A DNA stretch of 64,000 nt from the human T2T-CHM13v2.0 reference genome, Homo sapiens, in assembly GCF_009914755.1 (NCBI RefSeq), contig NC_060928.1; one strand, written 5' to 3'. Every line of letters starts with the position of its first letter. Position 1 is the first letter of the stretch. Of this stretch, positions 1 through 13,850 are shown in pieces. The notes beneath the pieces were generated by a model. That model did no database searches and was not told where the DNA came from. It saw only the letters and a program-made list of their open reading frames with translations. The position numbers and the translations under genes were made by a program.

Positions 1-1669
1 TAAGCTTAAGCTGTTACTAAGGCAAGCTTCCTCACTTAGTTTTTTAATTGTTTTATCTGAAAAAGTAATTGTATCTTATAAGAATTTCATGATAATTTAG
101 TAATTAATTATGACAAGGTACATTGTACTTTAAATACAGGTAGATTATCGAATGGTTAGCATGGTCTGTGTGTCTTTACGTGCATTACCTCATTGTACTA
201 TTACTAGAATGCCACGATGTAAGTGTTATTACATTATTAAATCATTTTGTTCCAGAGCTGAATAAAAAAAAATTTCAAAAAAGTTCAAGTAAACACTTGA
301 ACTCAAATGTTTCTAATTCTAAATCCCAAACTCCGAAACTTGCCTTCTTCTTAACAACAGTTCTTTTAGCTGACATGCATAGCTCATATAAGTCTTTTAT
401 CTCTAGCTACTCAAAATGGAATGGAAGTCCACCAAACTTATGTTTTGTTTCAGAAGCATAGTAATTTTATTCTGCTTTAAATCTAGATGGATATATTACC
501 AGATGAATATATCAACTTTAGAGGACCTTTTTTGTTGAAGAAAAATGACATCACATGGAATTCTGCTGAGTTAAGCAGTGCATTGCTTCCCTTGGAAGAC
601 TTGCCACATGGCTGTCAAGACCCACAGTTTTCACTTTACTGTGGGCCACTTCTTATGTGCCTATTTTAGTATAAATTATGCTTTTTGAAGAAAGTACAAA
701 GTTCTGCCATATTTATCTATGCCACTGTGGAATCTATAACTTTATTTTTGTGGTAGAAAGTAACAGTCTATTTTTACTAAGGAAAGAAGACATTTAGGTG
801 TTCTCTCTGTGCTTTTTTTCTTTACCCATCTTGGACTCTTTAGAATGTGTCTAAATTTGGAAGATCACCACTCAGAATGTACTAATTTTTTACCATTTTC
901 GAAGTGCACCAAATTGAAGAAAAATATGCTAGGTGGACTCATGACAAGCTCAAAGAAAAGAGCATATCAAAAGAAATTGATAGCATGAGGTTATGCTTTA
1001 AGAAAAAAAAACTGTAGGAAAGAACTTGTCTCTCTTAATACATGTGAAGTCTTGAAATAATTTGGAATGGCAGAAGCGGGGCTAGTATAGCATATAAAAT
1101 ACAAGAGCTGAACAGAAGATCTTTAGTTTAGGCACCTCCACTGTTACCGTGTACAATTTTTTAAATAAATCTCTTCCTATTCTCTGGCCAGTCTGCTAAA
1201 TGAGGCATACAAGGTTATTACTAAGCTCACATTTTCTATGTGAAGAGAGAAATATCAAGTTAAGCTATTTTACAGTCAATCCTATTAGCATTGTTAGCTG
1301 CACCCAATAGGTTAATGAATGGGGCATTGCCTCTGTGAGTGACTAAATACCATTTTATGTTCTTTTCTGAAATTTAAGAAATCAAGAAAAGGCAAAGCAG
1401 TGTTTGATGTGCATTTAAATATGAGCACAATGCTATAACTAAGGAATAATTAAGAAAACCTAGAAGTTTTTATTATAATAGTTTTAAAAAATATATGCAT
1501 GTATAAGCAGCAGAGTGTAGAGTACCAACTTTACATTTTCAAATAGAAAAGCATTGTTTTGACTCAGAACCTCCTGAAGAAGACATATGACTGTTCAGTC
1601 ACCATTTAGGATGCTTCAGAAGTTAATAAATCTAATTCATTTACTAGTGGTTAGTGAAAAAATCCATGA

Positions 1670-1758
1670 CTTTAAAATTCAAAATCCTAGCTTCAAATCC
1701 TAGCTATTTGTGTGGCTCTGGGAAAATTAGTGAATTTTTTGTAAAATTTAAATCCTAT
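1670..1758 (+). mobile_element. MIR remnant, probable left half of a MIR split by the L1 complex
   Basis: ttcaaatcctagct...gtggctctgggaaaattagtgaat resembles the MIR core; a MIR-like continuation (catctgtgaaatggagataat) occurs at about 12929. Confidence 0.45.
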
Positions 1759-2286
1759 TCTTTCCAGTGATAAAGCCTGCTAGATGGTGGTGGATTAGTT
1801 TTTTGATGTGCTGTTGGATTCAGCTCATAGTTTCTTGAGATCTTTGCATCTCTGTTCACCAAGAATGTTGGCCTGAAGTTTTGCCTTTTTTTGTTGTGTT
1901 TCTGCCAGGTTTTGGTATCAGGATGATGCCAGCCTCATAGAATGCGATAGGGAGGAGTCCCTCCTCTTCAATTTTTGGAATAGTTTCAGTATTATTGATA
2001 CCAGCTCTTCCTTATGCATCTGTTAGAATTTGGCTGTGAATTCATCTGGTCCTGGGCTTTTTCTGTTAGTAGGCTTTTTATTACTGATTCAATTTCTGAA
2101 CTCATTATTGGTCTCTTCAGGGATTCAATCTCTTCCTAGTTCAATCTTGAGAGTTTGTGTGTTTCCAGGAATTTATTGATTTCTTCTGGGTTTTCTAGCT
2201 TGTGTGCAATAGAGGTGTTCACAATAGTCTCTGAGGATTATTATTATTATTATTTTTATTTCTGTGGAGTCAGTGGGAATGTACCC

Positions 2287-2661
2287 TAATATAGTTTGGC
2301 TCTGTGTCCTCACCCAAATCTCACTTCAGATTGTAATCTCCATAATCCCCATGTGTCAAGGGTGGGGCCAGGTGGAGGTAATTGGATCATGGGGCAGTTT
2401 TCCCCATGCTGTTCTCGCAATAGTGAGTTCTAACAAGTTCTGATGATTTTATAAGCATCTGACAATTCCCCTGCTTGCACTCACTTCATCCTGCCCTCTT
2501 GTAAAGAAGGTGCCTGCTTCTCCTTTGCCTTCTGCCATGATTGTAAGTTTCCTGAGGCCTCCCCAGCCATTCAGAACTATGAGTCAATTAAACCTCTTTC
2601 CTTTATAAATTACCTAGTCTTGAGCAGTTTTCTTATAGCAGCATGAAAATTGACTAATACA
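2287..2661 (+). mobile_element. Solo MaLR LTR (THE1D/MSTA-like)
   Basis: Starts taatatagtttggctctgtgtc, contains attaaacctctttcc, ends gactaataca; L1 ORF2 resumes afterwards. Confidence 0.9.
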
Positions 2662-2944
2662 CTCCTTTTATCAAATCTGATTGCATTTATTTGGGTCTTT
2701 TCTATCACTTTATTTTTTTAAACTTTTATTATAGGTTTGGGGGTACATGTGAAGGTTCATTTCATAGGTAAACTCATACCAGGAAGTTTTGCTGTATGGA
2801 TTATTTCATCATCCAGGTAATAAACCCAGTACCCAATAGTTATCTTTTCTGCTCCTCTCCCTCCTTCCACCGTCCAACCTCCACCATCTAGCTTCCATTT
2901 ATAAGTGAGAACATGAGGTATTTGGTTTTCTGTCCTTGAATTAG

Positions 2945-3300
<356 letters not shown>

Positions 3301-4567
3301 AATCTTGTACTTTTTTATGGCTGTGTAGTATTCTATGCTGTATATGTACCACATTTTCTTCATCCAATCTGTCACTGATGAGCAATTAGGTTGATTCCAT
3401 GTCTTTGCTATTGTGAATAGTGCTGCAACAAACATTGGCACGCATGTGTCTTTATAGTAAAATGATTTGTATTCTTTCAGGTGTATACCCAGTAATGGGA
3501 TTGCTGGGGCAAATTTTAGATGTTTTTTAAGCTCTTTGAGGAATCACCATACTGCTTTCCACATGGTAGAACTAATTTATACTCCCACCAACAGTGTAAA
3601 AGTGTTTCTTTTTTTCTACAACCTTGCCAGCATCTGTTATTTTTTGACTTTTAATAATAGCTATTCTGACTGGTAAGACGTGGTACCTCATTGTGGTTTT
3701 GATCTGCATTTACTAATAATCAATGATACTGAGCTCTTTTTCGTATGCTTGTTTGGCCACAGGTATGTCTTCTTTTGAAAAGTGTCTGTTCATGTCCTTT
3801 GCCCACTTTTTAATGGGGTTGTTTTTCCCCTATAAATTTGTTTAAGTTCTTTATAAATGTTGGATATTAGACCTTTGTCAGAGACATAGTTTGCAAATAA
3901 TTTCTCCCATTCTGTATGTTTTCAGTTTACACTGATGATAGTTTATTTTGCTGTGCAGGAGTGCTTAAGTATAATTAAATCCCACTTATCAATTTTTGTC
4001 TCTGTTGTGATTGTTTTTTGTGTCTTTGTCATAAAATCTTTGCTCGTTCCTTTGTCTAGGACAGTTATTGCCTAGGTTGTCTTCCAGGGTTTTTATAGGT
4101 TTGGGTTTCAAATTTAAGTCTTTAATCCATCTTGAGTTGATTTTTGTACATGGTGTAAAGAAGGTGTACAGCTTCAGCCTTCTGCATATGGCTGGCCAGT
4201 TATCCCAGCAACATTTATTGAATAGGGATACTTTTCCCAGTTGATTGTTTTTGTCAGCTTTGTTGAAGATCAGGTGGTTGTAGGTGTGTGGTCTTATTTT
4301 GTGGCTCTCTATTGGCTTCCATTGGTCCATGTGCCTGTATTTGTACCAATACCATTCTGCTTTGGTTACTGTAGCCCTGTAGTATAGTTTGAAGTTGGGT
4401 AACATGATGCCTCCAGCTTTGCTCTTTTTGCTTAGGATTGCTTTGACTATCCAGTTTCTTCTTTCATTCCATATGAATTTTAAAATAGTTTTTTTTCCTA
4501 GTTCTGCAAAGAATGTCATTGGTAGTTTGATAGAAATAGCATTGAATCTGTAAATTGCTTTGGGTAT

Positions 4568-5790
4568 TGATATAGTTTGTCTGTGTCCCCATTCAAATCT
4601 CATCTTGAATTGTAGTGCCTATAATTCCTACATGATGTGGGAGGGAATTATCTCCTGGTTGGAGATAATTGAATCATGGGGGCAGTTTCCCCAATACTGT
4701 TCTCATGGTAGTGAATAAGTCTCACAAGACCTGATGGTTTTATAAGGGGAAACTCTTTTCACTTGATTCTCATTCTCTCTCTTGTCACCACCATGTAAGA
4801 GTGCCTTTTAACTTCTGCCATGATTGTGAGACCTCCCCGGCCACGTGGAACTATAACTCCATTAAACCTCTTTTTCTTTGTAAATTACCAAGTCTAGACT
4901 ATGTCTTGATTATCAGCACATGAAAACTAACTAATACAGTAAATTGTTACCAGAACTGCGGTGCTGCTGAAAAGATACTCAAAAATATGGAAGTGACTTT
5001 GGAACTGGGTAACTGGCAGAGTTTGGAACAGTTTGGAGGGCTCAGAAGAAGACAGGAAAATGTAGGAAAGTTTGGAACTCCTTAGAGACTTGTTAAATGG
5101 CTTTGACCAAAATGCTGATAATGATATGAACAACAAAATCCAGGCTGAGATGGTCTCAGACGGAGATAAGGAACTTGTTGGAAACTGTAGCAGAGGGGAC
5201 TCTTGTTATGTTTTTGCAAAGAGACTGGTGGCATTTTAACTCTGCCCTAGAGATTTGTGGAACTTTGAACTTGACAGAGATGATTTAGGGTATCTGGTGG
5301 AATAAGTGTCTAAGCAACAAAACATTCAAGAGGTGACTTGGGTGCTGTTAAAGCATTCAGTTTTAAAAGGGAAACAGAGCATAAAAGTTTGGAAAATTTG
5401 CAACCTGACAAAGTGATAGAAATGAAAATCCCATTTTCTGAGGAGAAATTCAAGTCAGCAGTAGAAATTTTCATAAGTAATGAAAAGCCGAAAATTTATC
5501 ACCAAGTCAATGGAGAAAATGTCTCCAGGGCATGTCAGAGAGCTTTGTGGCAATCCTCTCATCACAGGCCCGGAGGTCTGGGAGGAAAAAATGGTTTGTG
5601 GTCTGGGCCCAGGGTTCCTCAGCTTTGTGCAGTCTAGGAACTTGGTGCCCTGTGTCCCAGCTGCTCCAACTGTGACTAAAAGGGGCCAAGGTACAGCTTG
5701 GGCAGTGGCTTCAAAGGCTGCAAGCCCCAAGCCGTGGTAGCTTCCATGTGGTGTTGAGCCTGTGGGTACACAAAAGTCAAGAATGGAGGT
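4568..5790 (+). mobile_element. THE1 5' LTR (4568-4938) plus truncated THE1-int
   Basis: tgatatagtttg...ctaataca followed by internal sequence gtaaattgttacc...gctgaaaagatac; stops abruptly at about 5790. Confidence 0.92.
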
Positions 5791-8700
5791 TGGGTCTCTT
5801 GAAGACAGCATATCATTGGGTCTTGCTTTTTATTCATCTTGCCACTGTGTGCCTTTTAAGTGGGGCATTTAGCCTATTTGCATTAAAGGTTAGTATTGAT
5901 ATATGTGAGTTTGATCCTATCATTATGTTGTTAATAGGTTATTATGTTGGTTTTTTTGTGGGGTTGTCTTACAGTGACACTAGTCTGTGTATTTACGTGT
6001 GTTTTTGTATTAGCTGATAGCAGTCTTTCCTTTCTATATTTAGTGCTCCATTCATGATCTCTTCTAAGGCACATCAAGTGGTAATGAAATCCCTCAAGAT
6101 TTGCCCAGGTGAACAGTATCTTATTTCTCCTATGCTTAGGAAGCCTAGTTTGGCTGGATATAAAATTCTTGGTTGAAAACTTTTTTTCTTTAAGAGTGCT
6201 GAATATATGCTCTCAAACTCTTCTGGCTTGTAGGGCTTCTGTTGAGAGGTCTTCTGTTAGCCTGATGGTGTTCCTCTTGTAGTTGACCAGCCCTTTCTCT
6301 CTAGGTGCCTTTAACATTTTCTTCTTTCATTTGAACCTTGGACAATCTGACAATTATGTGTCTTGGGGATGGCATTCTTGTGTAGAATCTTGCAGGAGTT
6401 CTCTATGTTTCCTGAATTGGCTGTTGACTTCTCTAGCAAGGTTATGGAAGCTTTTATAGACAATATTCTGAAATATGGTTGTTATTTTTTCTTTATTTTT
6501 CTGTGATTGTCTTATTTCAGAAAACCAGTCTTCAAGTTCTAAGATTCTTTCCTCAGCTAGGTTTATTCTGTTGTTAGTACTTGTGATTGCACTGTGAAAT
6601 TCTTGTATTGTGTTATTCAGCTCTGTCAGACCCATAGAGTTCTTTTATATACTGAATATTTCATCCTTCAATTCCTGTATAGCTTTATTGTGATTCTTAT
6701 ATTTCTGGGATTGGGTTTTGCCATCCTCCTGAGCCTCAATGATCTTTGTTTCTAACCATATTCTGAATTCTATTTCATTCATTCCAGCCAGTTTAGCCTA
6801 CTTAAGAATTCTTGTTGGAGAACTGCTCTGGTCATTTGGAGGGCATACAACATTCTGGCCATGTGAGTTAGTGGAGTTGTTATGTTGGGTCTTTCCCATC
6901 TTTGTGTGTGGGTACTCCTTTAACAGCAATGTATATTGAGTGCAGTCAATAGACATCTTTTCTGGATGCTTTAACTGGGCTGAGGCTTTGTGCAGGATCT
7001 TTATCTGGAGCTAACATTCTGTCTCTGGTTTCAGAGAGAGATATGTTGGTGTGATATTTTTGGTGTTGAAGTTTTGGTGTGATCCAGTAGGTGGCACTTA
7101 GGCTTATTGGTCAGTTGGTAGACTCTTGCTCAGTTGTGTGTCTCCTGTATGTTTCCTCACAGTTGCAGCTATGTTCTCTCTCAATGCTTTGAAAGTGTGG
7201 GTTCCTCTCCCTGTTGAGTGCTAGCTTTAAACTCCTGGGCTGCCCACTGCAGCTCTGGGGTGATTTCAGTGTTTATGCTCCTTCCCAAACTTGGAGGCAG
7301 CAGAGGAAGAGACTACCTTCATTGTAGTCGTGGTGCAAGGTCTTTTGCTTATCTCCTGGGGACTCCATCCCAGAGACATGTGGGTCAGCATTTGCTCAGT
7401 GCAGTCATCCCAGGATGGAAGGTTTGCGCTGCAGGCCCAAGGCAGGAATTTCCTGTCTGGTGATGAGCAATTGGGGGTGTGTGCAACCCATGGGAGACAA
7501 ACTGGCCTCCTCTCCTTGGGTCAACTGCAGCTTGTTGGAGGTGTGGATAAATCACTTAGGGTTTTTGCTCCTTTGTTAGTCCACTAACAAAGGAGCAACT
7601 GTTAGTACAGTTCTGCTGTAGGAGAAGGGTCAGAGAAGCTTTCAGTTACCTCTGGGGGCTCTGTCCAGGGAGATGTTGAGTTGCTACTGGCTTGATAGCT
7701 CTCGTGGTGGCTGGAGGCTCTGGTTGGAAAAACCCACCCAGTGAAGAGGAACAGAATTGGGGACCTGCTTAAAACAGCAGTCTGGCCACATTTTCATAGG
7801 GCAGCTGTGCTGTGCTGGGGGACTACTTCCACCCCCCAGTTGTCTTGGACTCTCCAATGTCTGAAAGCTGGAACAGCTAAGTTGCCCAAACAGCAATTAT
7901 GTCAGTGTGTTCCTCCCTCTATATCTTCATCCCAGGGAGGTTTCAAATCTCTGTTGACTAGAGAACACTGATGGTGGTGGCTGGAGGCTGTGGTTGGTAG
8001 ATCCTGCCCAGTGAGGAGGAATGGGATTGGGGACCCTCTTCAAAAGGCAGTCTGACCACATTTTCATAGAGCAGCTGTGTTGTGCTTGGGGATCCTCTCT
8101 TCCCCTGGTTGGGCTCTAAAGCCCAAAGGCTGAAATGGCTAAGTTGCCCACACAGCAAAGATGATGACCAGCCCCTCCCACTGGGAGCTCCATCCCAGGG
8201 AGGTGCAATGGTGCTACCAGTGGCTGGCTGGAATTCCAAGCCAGGGGGTCTTATCCTGTGAGGTGCCATGGAAGTTGGGCCTGCAGACTGTCTTCTCAGC
8301 CCCCTGGATTCAGCCTCTTTCCTAGAATATGTACTGAGGTCTAACCTCTCACTTTGTCAAAGTTGCAGCTACTTTTGCTGGGAAGCATGGAGAGCCCCAG
8401 TCTCTTCATGTGCCTGAGCAGCTGCTCTGCTGAGACTCCACTTAGCTCCAAGTAGTATGTGTGGAGTCTGAAGGCCTTTGTGAAGTGGGTTTGTGAGGGG
8501 AATCTCCTGACCCAAGGGTTGCAAAGATCCATGGGAGCAGCATAGTTTTGCATATTCACTCACCGCTTCCTTGGCTTTGTATCACTCACAGGTGGCCCAT
8601 TGTCCTGCCTTGCTTTTCTCCATTATCTCTGGGTCAAGTTGTTTCTTTGATAAATCCAAATGTAAGTACATAGATTTTTCAGTTGAAGATGCTATATTTA

Positions 8701-9663
8701 CTCATTTTTTCCATTCCTTTCCATGAAAGCTACACACACTAGCTACTTCTACTCAACCATCTTGGGCACCTCACTTGTTTATTTATTTATTAGTCTAGCA
8801 AGCAGTATATCTGTCCTATAAATTCTTTCAAAAAATAAACTCCTCTATTCACTGATCTTTTGTGTGGTTTTTCACATCTCAATGTCTTTCAGTTCAACTC
8901 TAATTTTGGTTATTTCTTGTCTTCTGCTAGCCTGGGGTTGGCTTGCTCTTGTTTCTCTAGTTCCTTTAATTGTGATATTAGATTGTTAAGTTGAGATCTT
9001 TCTAACTTTTTTATTTGTACGCTTAATGCTATAAATTTCTCTCTTAACAATGCTTTGACTATGTCTCAGAGATTCTGATATGTTGTATCGTTGTTTTCAT
9101 TAGTTTCAAAAAATTTCTGATTTCTGCCTTAATTTCATTATGTACCTAGAAGTCATTCAGGAGCAGATAGTTTAATTTCCATGTAATTGTATAGTTTTAA
9201 GTGACTTGTTTAGGATTGATTTCCATTTTTATTGCACTGTGATCTGAGAGTGTGGTTAGTAAGATTTTGGTTTTTTTGAATTTGCTGAGGATTGTTTTAT
9301 GCCCAATTGTGTGGTTGATTTTAGAGTATGTGCCATGTACAGATGAGAAGAATGTATATTCTGTTGTTTTTGCATGGAGAGTTCTGTAGTTGCTTATTAG
9401 GTCCATTTGGTCAAGTGCAGAGATCAGGTCCTGAAAATCTTTGGTAGTTTTCAGCCTTGATGATCTGTCTAATACTGTCAATGGGGTGTTAAAGTCTCCC
9501 ACTATTATGTGTGGGAGTTTAAATTTCTTCATAGTTTTCTAAGAACTTGCTTTATAAATCTGGGTGCTCCTATGTTCAGTGTATGTATATTTAGGATAGT
9601 TAGGTCCTCTCATTGACTTGAGCCCTTTACCATTATATAATTCTTTATCTTTTTTGATCTTTG

Positions 9664-9992
9664 TTTTCTTTTTCTTTCTTCTTCTTCTTTTTTTTTTTTT
9701 TTTTTTTTCTGATATGGAGCCTTGCTCTGTTGCCCAGGCTGGAGTGCAGGGGGGAAATCTCAGGTAACTGCAGCCTCTGTCTCCTAGGTTCAAACATTTC
9801 TCCTGCCTCAGCCTCCTGAGTAGCTGGGACTACAGGTGCACCCCACCATGCCTAGCTAATTTTTGTATTTTTAGTAGAGATGGGGTTTTGCCCTGTTGTC
9901 CCAGCTGGTCTTGAACTCCTGACCTCAGGTGATCTGCCTCCCTCAGCCTCCCAAAGTGCAGGGATTACAGGCATGAACCATCACACTCAGCT
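9664..9992 (-). mobile_element. AluS with a (TTC)n/poly-T tail
   Basis: Alu dimer sequence inside L1 ORF2. Confidence 0.95.
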
Positions 9993-12900
9993 TAAAGTCT
10001 GTGTTTTCTGAAATTAGAATAACACCCCTGCTGTTTCCTGTTTCCATTTGATTGGTAAATATTTTTTCATCCGTTTACTTTGACGCTAGGGGAGCCATTG
10101 CATGTGAGATGGGTCTCCTGAAGACAGCATACCATTTTATTCATCAACTTGCCACTCTGTACCTTATAATTGGATGGTTTAGTCCATTTACATTTAAGGT
10201 TAGCATTGATAGGTGTGGATTTCATCCTGTAATTATGCCGTTAGCTGGTTCTTATACAGACTTGTTTGTGTGGGTGCTTAATAGTGTCACTGGTCTATGT
10301 AATTAAGGATGATTTTGTAGTGGCCAGACATGGTCTTTCTTTTTCATTTTTAGCATTCCCTTCAGGACCTTTCGTAGGGCAGGCCTAGTGGTAACAAATA
10401 TCCTCAGAATTTGCTTGTGTGAAAAGGATCTTATTTCTCCTTCACTTATGAAGCTTAGTTTGGCTGGATATGAAATCATCAGTTGAAAATTTTTTTCTTT
10501 AAGAATGCCAAGAATAGGCCCCCAGTATCTTTTGGCTTATAGGGTTTCTGCTAACAGGTCTGCTGTTAGTTTGATGGTGTTCCCTAAGTATGCTATCTGC
10601 CCCATCTCTCTAGCAGCATGTAACATTTTTTCTTTCATTTTGACCTTAGAGAATCTGATGACTATGTGTCTTGGGGATGGTTTTCTTGTGCAGTATTTCA
10701 CAAGGGTTCTCTGCATTTCCTGAATTTGAAAGTTGGCCTTTCTAGAGAGGTTGGGGAAATGTTTATGGATGATATGCTAAAATGTTTTCCAAGGTGCTTG
10801 ATTTCTTTCCCTCTCTTTCAGGAAGTCCAATGAGCTGTAGATTTGGTCTCTTTACATAATCCCATATTTCTCAGAGGTTTTGCTTATTATTCTTTATTGT
10901 TTTTTTCTTTATTTTTGTGTGACCGAGTTACTTCAGAGAGTCAGTCTTAAGCTCTGAGATTCTTTTCTCAGCTTGGTCAAATTTGTTGTTAATACGTGAA
11001 ATTGCATTATGAAATTCTTCTACTGTATTTTTCAGCTCTATAAGATAAGTTTGATTCTTTCTTATAATGGTCATTTCATCTATCACCTCCCATATTGCTT
11101 TATTTTAATCCTTAGGGTTCTTGGAATGAGTTTTGACTATCTCCTGTATGTCGATGATCTTCATTACTATCTACATTCTGTATTCTATTTCTGGCATTTT
11201 TAGCCATTTGAGACTGGTTAAGAACCATTGTTGAGGAACTAATGTGGTGATCTGGCGTTAAGAAGCCACCCTGGGTTTCTGAATTGTCATAGTTCTTGTG
11301 CTGATTCTTTCTCATTTGTGTGGGCTGATTTTCCTTTAATCTCTGAAGTTACTATTCTTTGGATGGATTTTTTTCTTTTTTTCTTCTTGGATGCCCTTGA
11401 GGGTATAACTGTGGTATAAGGTGGGTTTGATTAACTGGCTTGGATTCTATTTCACTCCTAGGTCTTGGAGGAGCCCCCTCTGATTTCTGTCTCTGTGCCT
11501 ATTTTGTTGTTGTTGTTGTTTTTGGGTGCTTTGGTCCATGGGGCACCTTCAGGCAAGTGCCTCAGTTGTCAGACAAGCTGAATCCTTCTCAGGTTGGCTG
11601 TTCCATGTGCTTCATGAGGAAACACAGATTTGTGCCTGCCCACAGAGTTCAGGGAGAAGCAGCACTGCTGGATTGGAAGCTCTAATGGGCGTGATTCATC
11701 TGGCTACAAGAGGCTGGGGTGGGTGGAGAAGTCCATTCTGCCATCCAGGTGTTTGCAGGGCAACAGAAGGCTGTGCCCCTCAGCAAATTCAGGAAGAAGT
11801 AGGTCTGCTGGGCTGGAAGCTCTAACAGGCATGGCTTGCCTAGCTGCCAGAAATGGGGGTGGCTGGGGATGCCTGCCTTGCCTTCTGGGTGTTTCTCAGG
11901 GCAACAGGAAGCTGCATCCTTTAGCTGAGTTTACACAGAAGCAGGACTGCTCAGCTAGAAGGTCTAGCAGGTGTTGCCTGCCTGGCAGTCAATTACAGGA
12001 GTGAATGCGGTCACATGCTCTGCTATCCAGGTATTTTCTGGGACAACAGGATGCTATGTCCGCAGGCTAACTTTTCACAAAAGTGGGGACCACTGGACCG
12101 AAAGCTCTAACATCTATTTCCCACCTGACTACCAGTGACATAGGCAGGTGGGATTGTGAACTCTGCCATCCCAGTGTTGCCCAGAACAACAGGAGACTGT
12201 GCCCTCCAGCTGAGTTTACATAGAAACAGCAAGTTTGGCTAGAAGCTCTAGCAAGTGTTGCCCACGTGGCTACCAGTGGTGAGGGTGGGTGGAGTGGCCA
12301 GCCAAGTTCAGGCCAAGTGGGACCACTGGGCCAGAAGCTGGCACTGACTCCGGTCTGGCAAGAGGCGATGGGGCAATCTTACTACTCCCAGGCTCCACAA
12401 CTGCAGCCTCTATTTGGACTATGGCACTGGTCTGCTCTGGGGCCCCAGGCTTGTAGAGGTCCCCTTGGACTCAAGAGGCAAAACATCTGGGTGGCTCTCT
12501 GTCTCAGTCTAGAAATGCAGTGGTGAGGTGTGGGAGTTGGGGGCAGAGAGATTCTCCTGTTTCCAGTCTTGCACAGGTTTCTGTTGAGAGCATGAATCCC
12601 CCTAGTGGTTCTCACTCACTCACCCTTTCCCATGTTGGAGAGGTTCTCCCGGCTCCACACTAAGCCCAGACACGCTGATGCCCAGCTTAGATTCTCTCTG
12701 CTCTCTGTGGTCCCCTGCTGCTGTGATGTATCCCAGTATGGTTTCTCGGATGATTGGCCTGGAGAGTCAGTGTTCCTCTGCAGGCCCTTTTGTTTCCTCT
12801 CTGGAAGAGCAATACACAGGATCTGCTTCTGGTTTGCCATATTGGCCCCTCCCATAAATTCTATCTTTTTCAAACTACATCTTTGTAGTCTTTCAAACTA

Positions 12901-13029
12901 CATCTATGTAATTAAATCCTTCCAGACTTCATCTGTGAAATGGAGATAATGGCTAGGATTTAATAAAATCAAACATTTAGAACTATAACATAAAGCAGAG
13001 AAGAATGTCAGTAGAAAATAAATAAGAAA

Positions 13030-13250
13030 CAACACAAGCTTTGGAACCTGACACACTCAGACCAAGTCCTGCCACTGCTACCCACGACATAAACTTACTA
13101 TTGTTGTGTAACTTCTCTGTGCTTTAGTTTCCACATTTTGAAAATGTGGATTATGATGATGTTAACAGTACATATCTCATTGGATAGTTGAGATAATGCC
13201 TATAAATCACTTAGCATGATGGCTGCTACACAGTTAGCACTGGAAAAATT
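13030..13250 (+). mobile_element. MIR
   Basis: aacttctctgtgctttagtttccacattttgaaaatg...gagataatgcctataaatcacttagca. Confidence 0.7.
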
Positions 13251-13377
13251 ATATTGCCATGATCCATGGCAGGTTCTAGAGTATATGTGTGCATAAGAAA
13301 CACCCCTACAGTGGAAATATAGTTACTAATCCTTTTGAATGGTTAATTATAGCCACTATTAAATATTAATTGTCAAG

Positions 13378-13850
13378 TGTTTGCTACACCAAATATCACC
13401 AATACAATTCCTTGGAAAGACAAATCTGTGTTTATTGCGTACTCTAGAAAGGGAGAACACCATTGTAAAATATGCTTATTCGCATCTCAGAAAGAAGAGG
13501 AAAAAATTGGGATACTTTTTAAGATATTTAAATGTAGTTCAAGACAGGTCATTCAATGAAAGATGGCTTTGTTAAGATTGGGCAAGAATCGTGATATAAT
13601 GATTTAGGGATTGACAGACATAGGAAGATAGAAATTTTTGAGGTGAGCGTTCAGAGTCTTGATGTATAATTGGCATTTGATAATTTGTATTAAATATAGC
13701 ATGTTTCAAGAAGTTCTTGGAATGTACAATACACTTATTTGCAACTTCTGTTGGGCAACAGTAAAGTTATGTTGATAAAATCAGTGGAATAGTAAGATCC
13801 TGATAATGTGAACAGTGAGCTGTGTGAATGATTTCAACTCTCAAATTTAG
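13378..13850 (-). mobile_element. Possible ancient ERV LTR remnant, family not assigned
   Basis: TG start, antisense polyA-like signal (gtttattg) and LTR-like length. Confidence 0.3.

Noticed and set aside
168-669. Short ORFs in unique DNA, with tag|ATG at 487
   Set aside because: No recognisable protein similarity, AT-driven composition and no convincing donor site
3989-4603. Longest ORF (204 aa)
   Set aside because: Decayed L1 ORF2 piece with a start codon borrowed from the THE1 LTR
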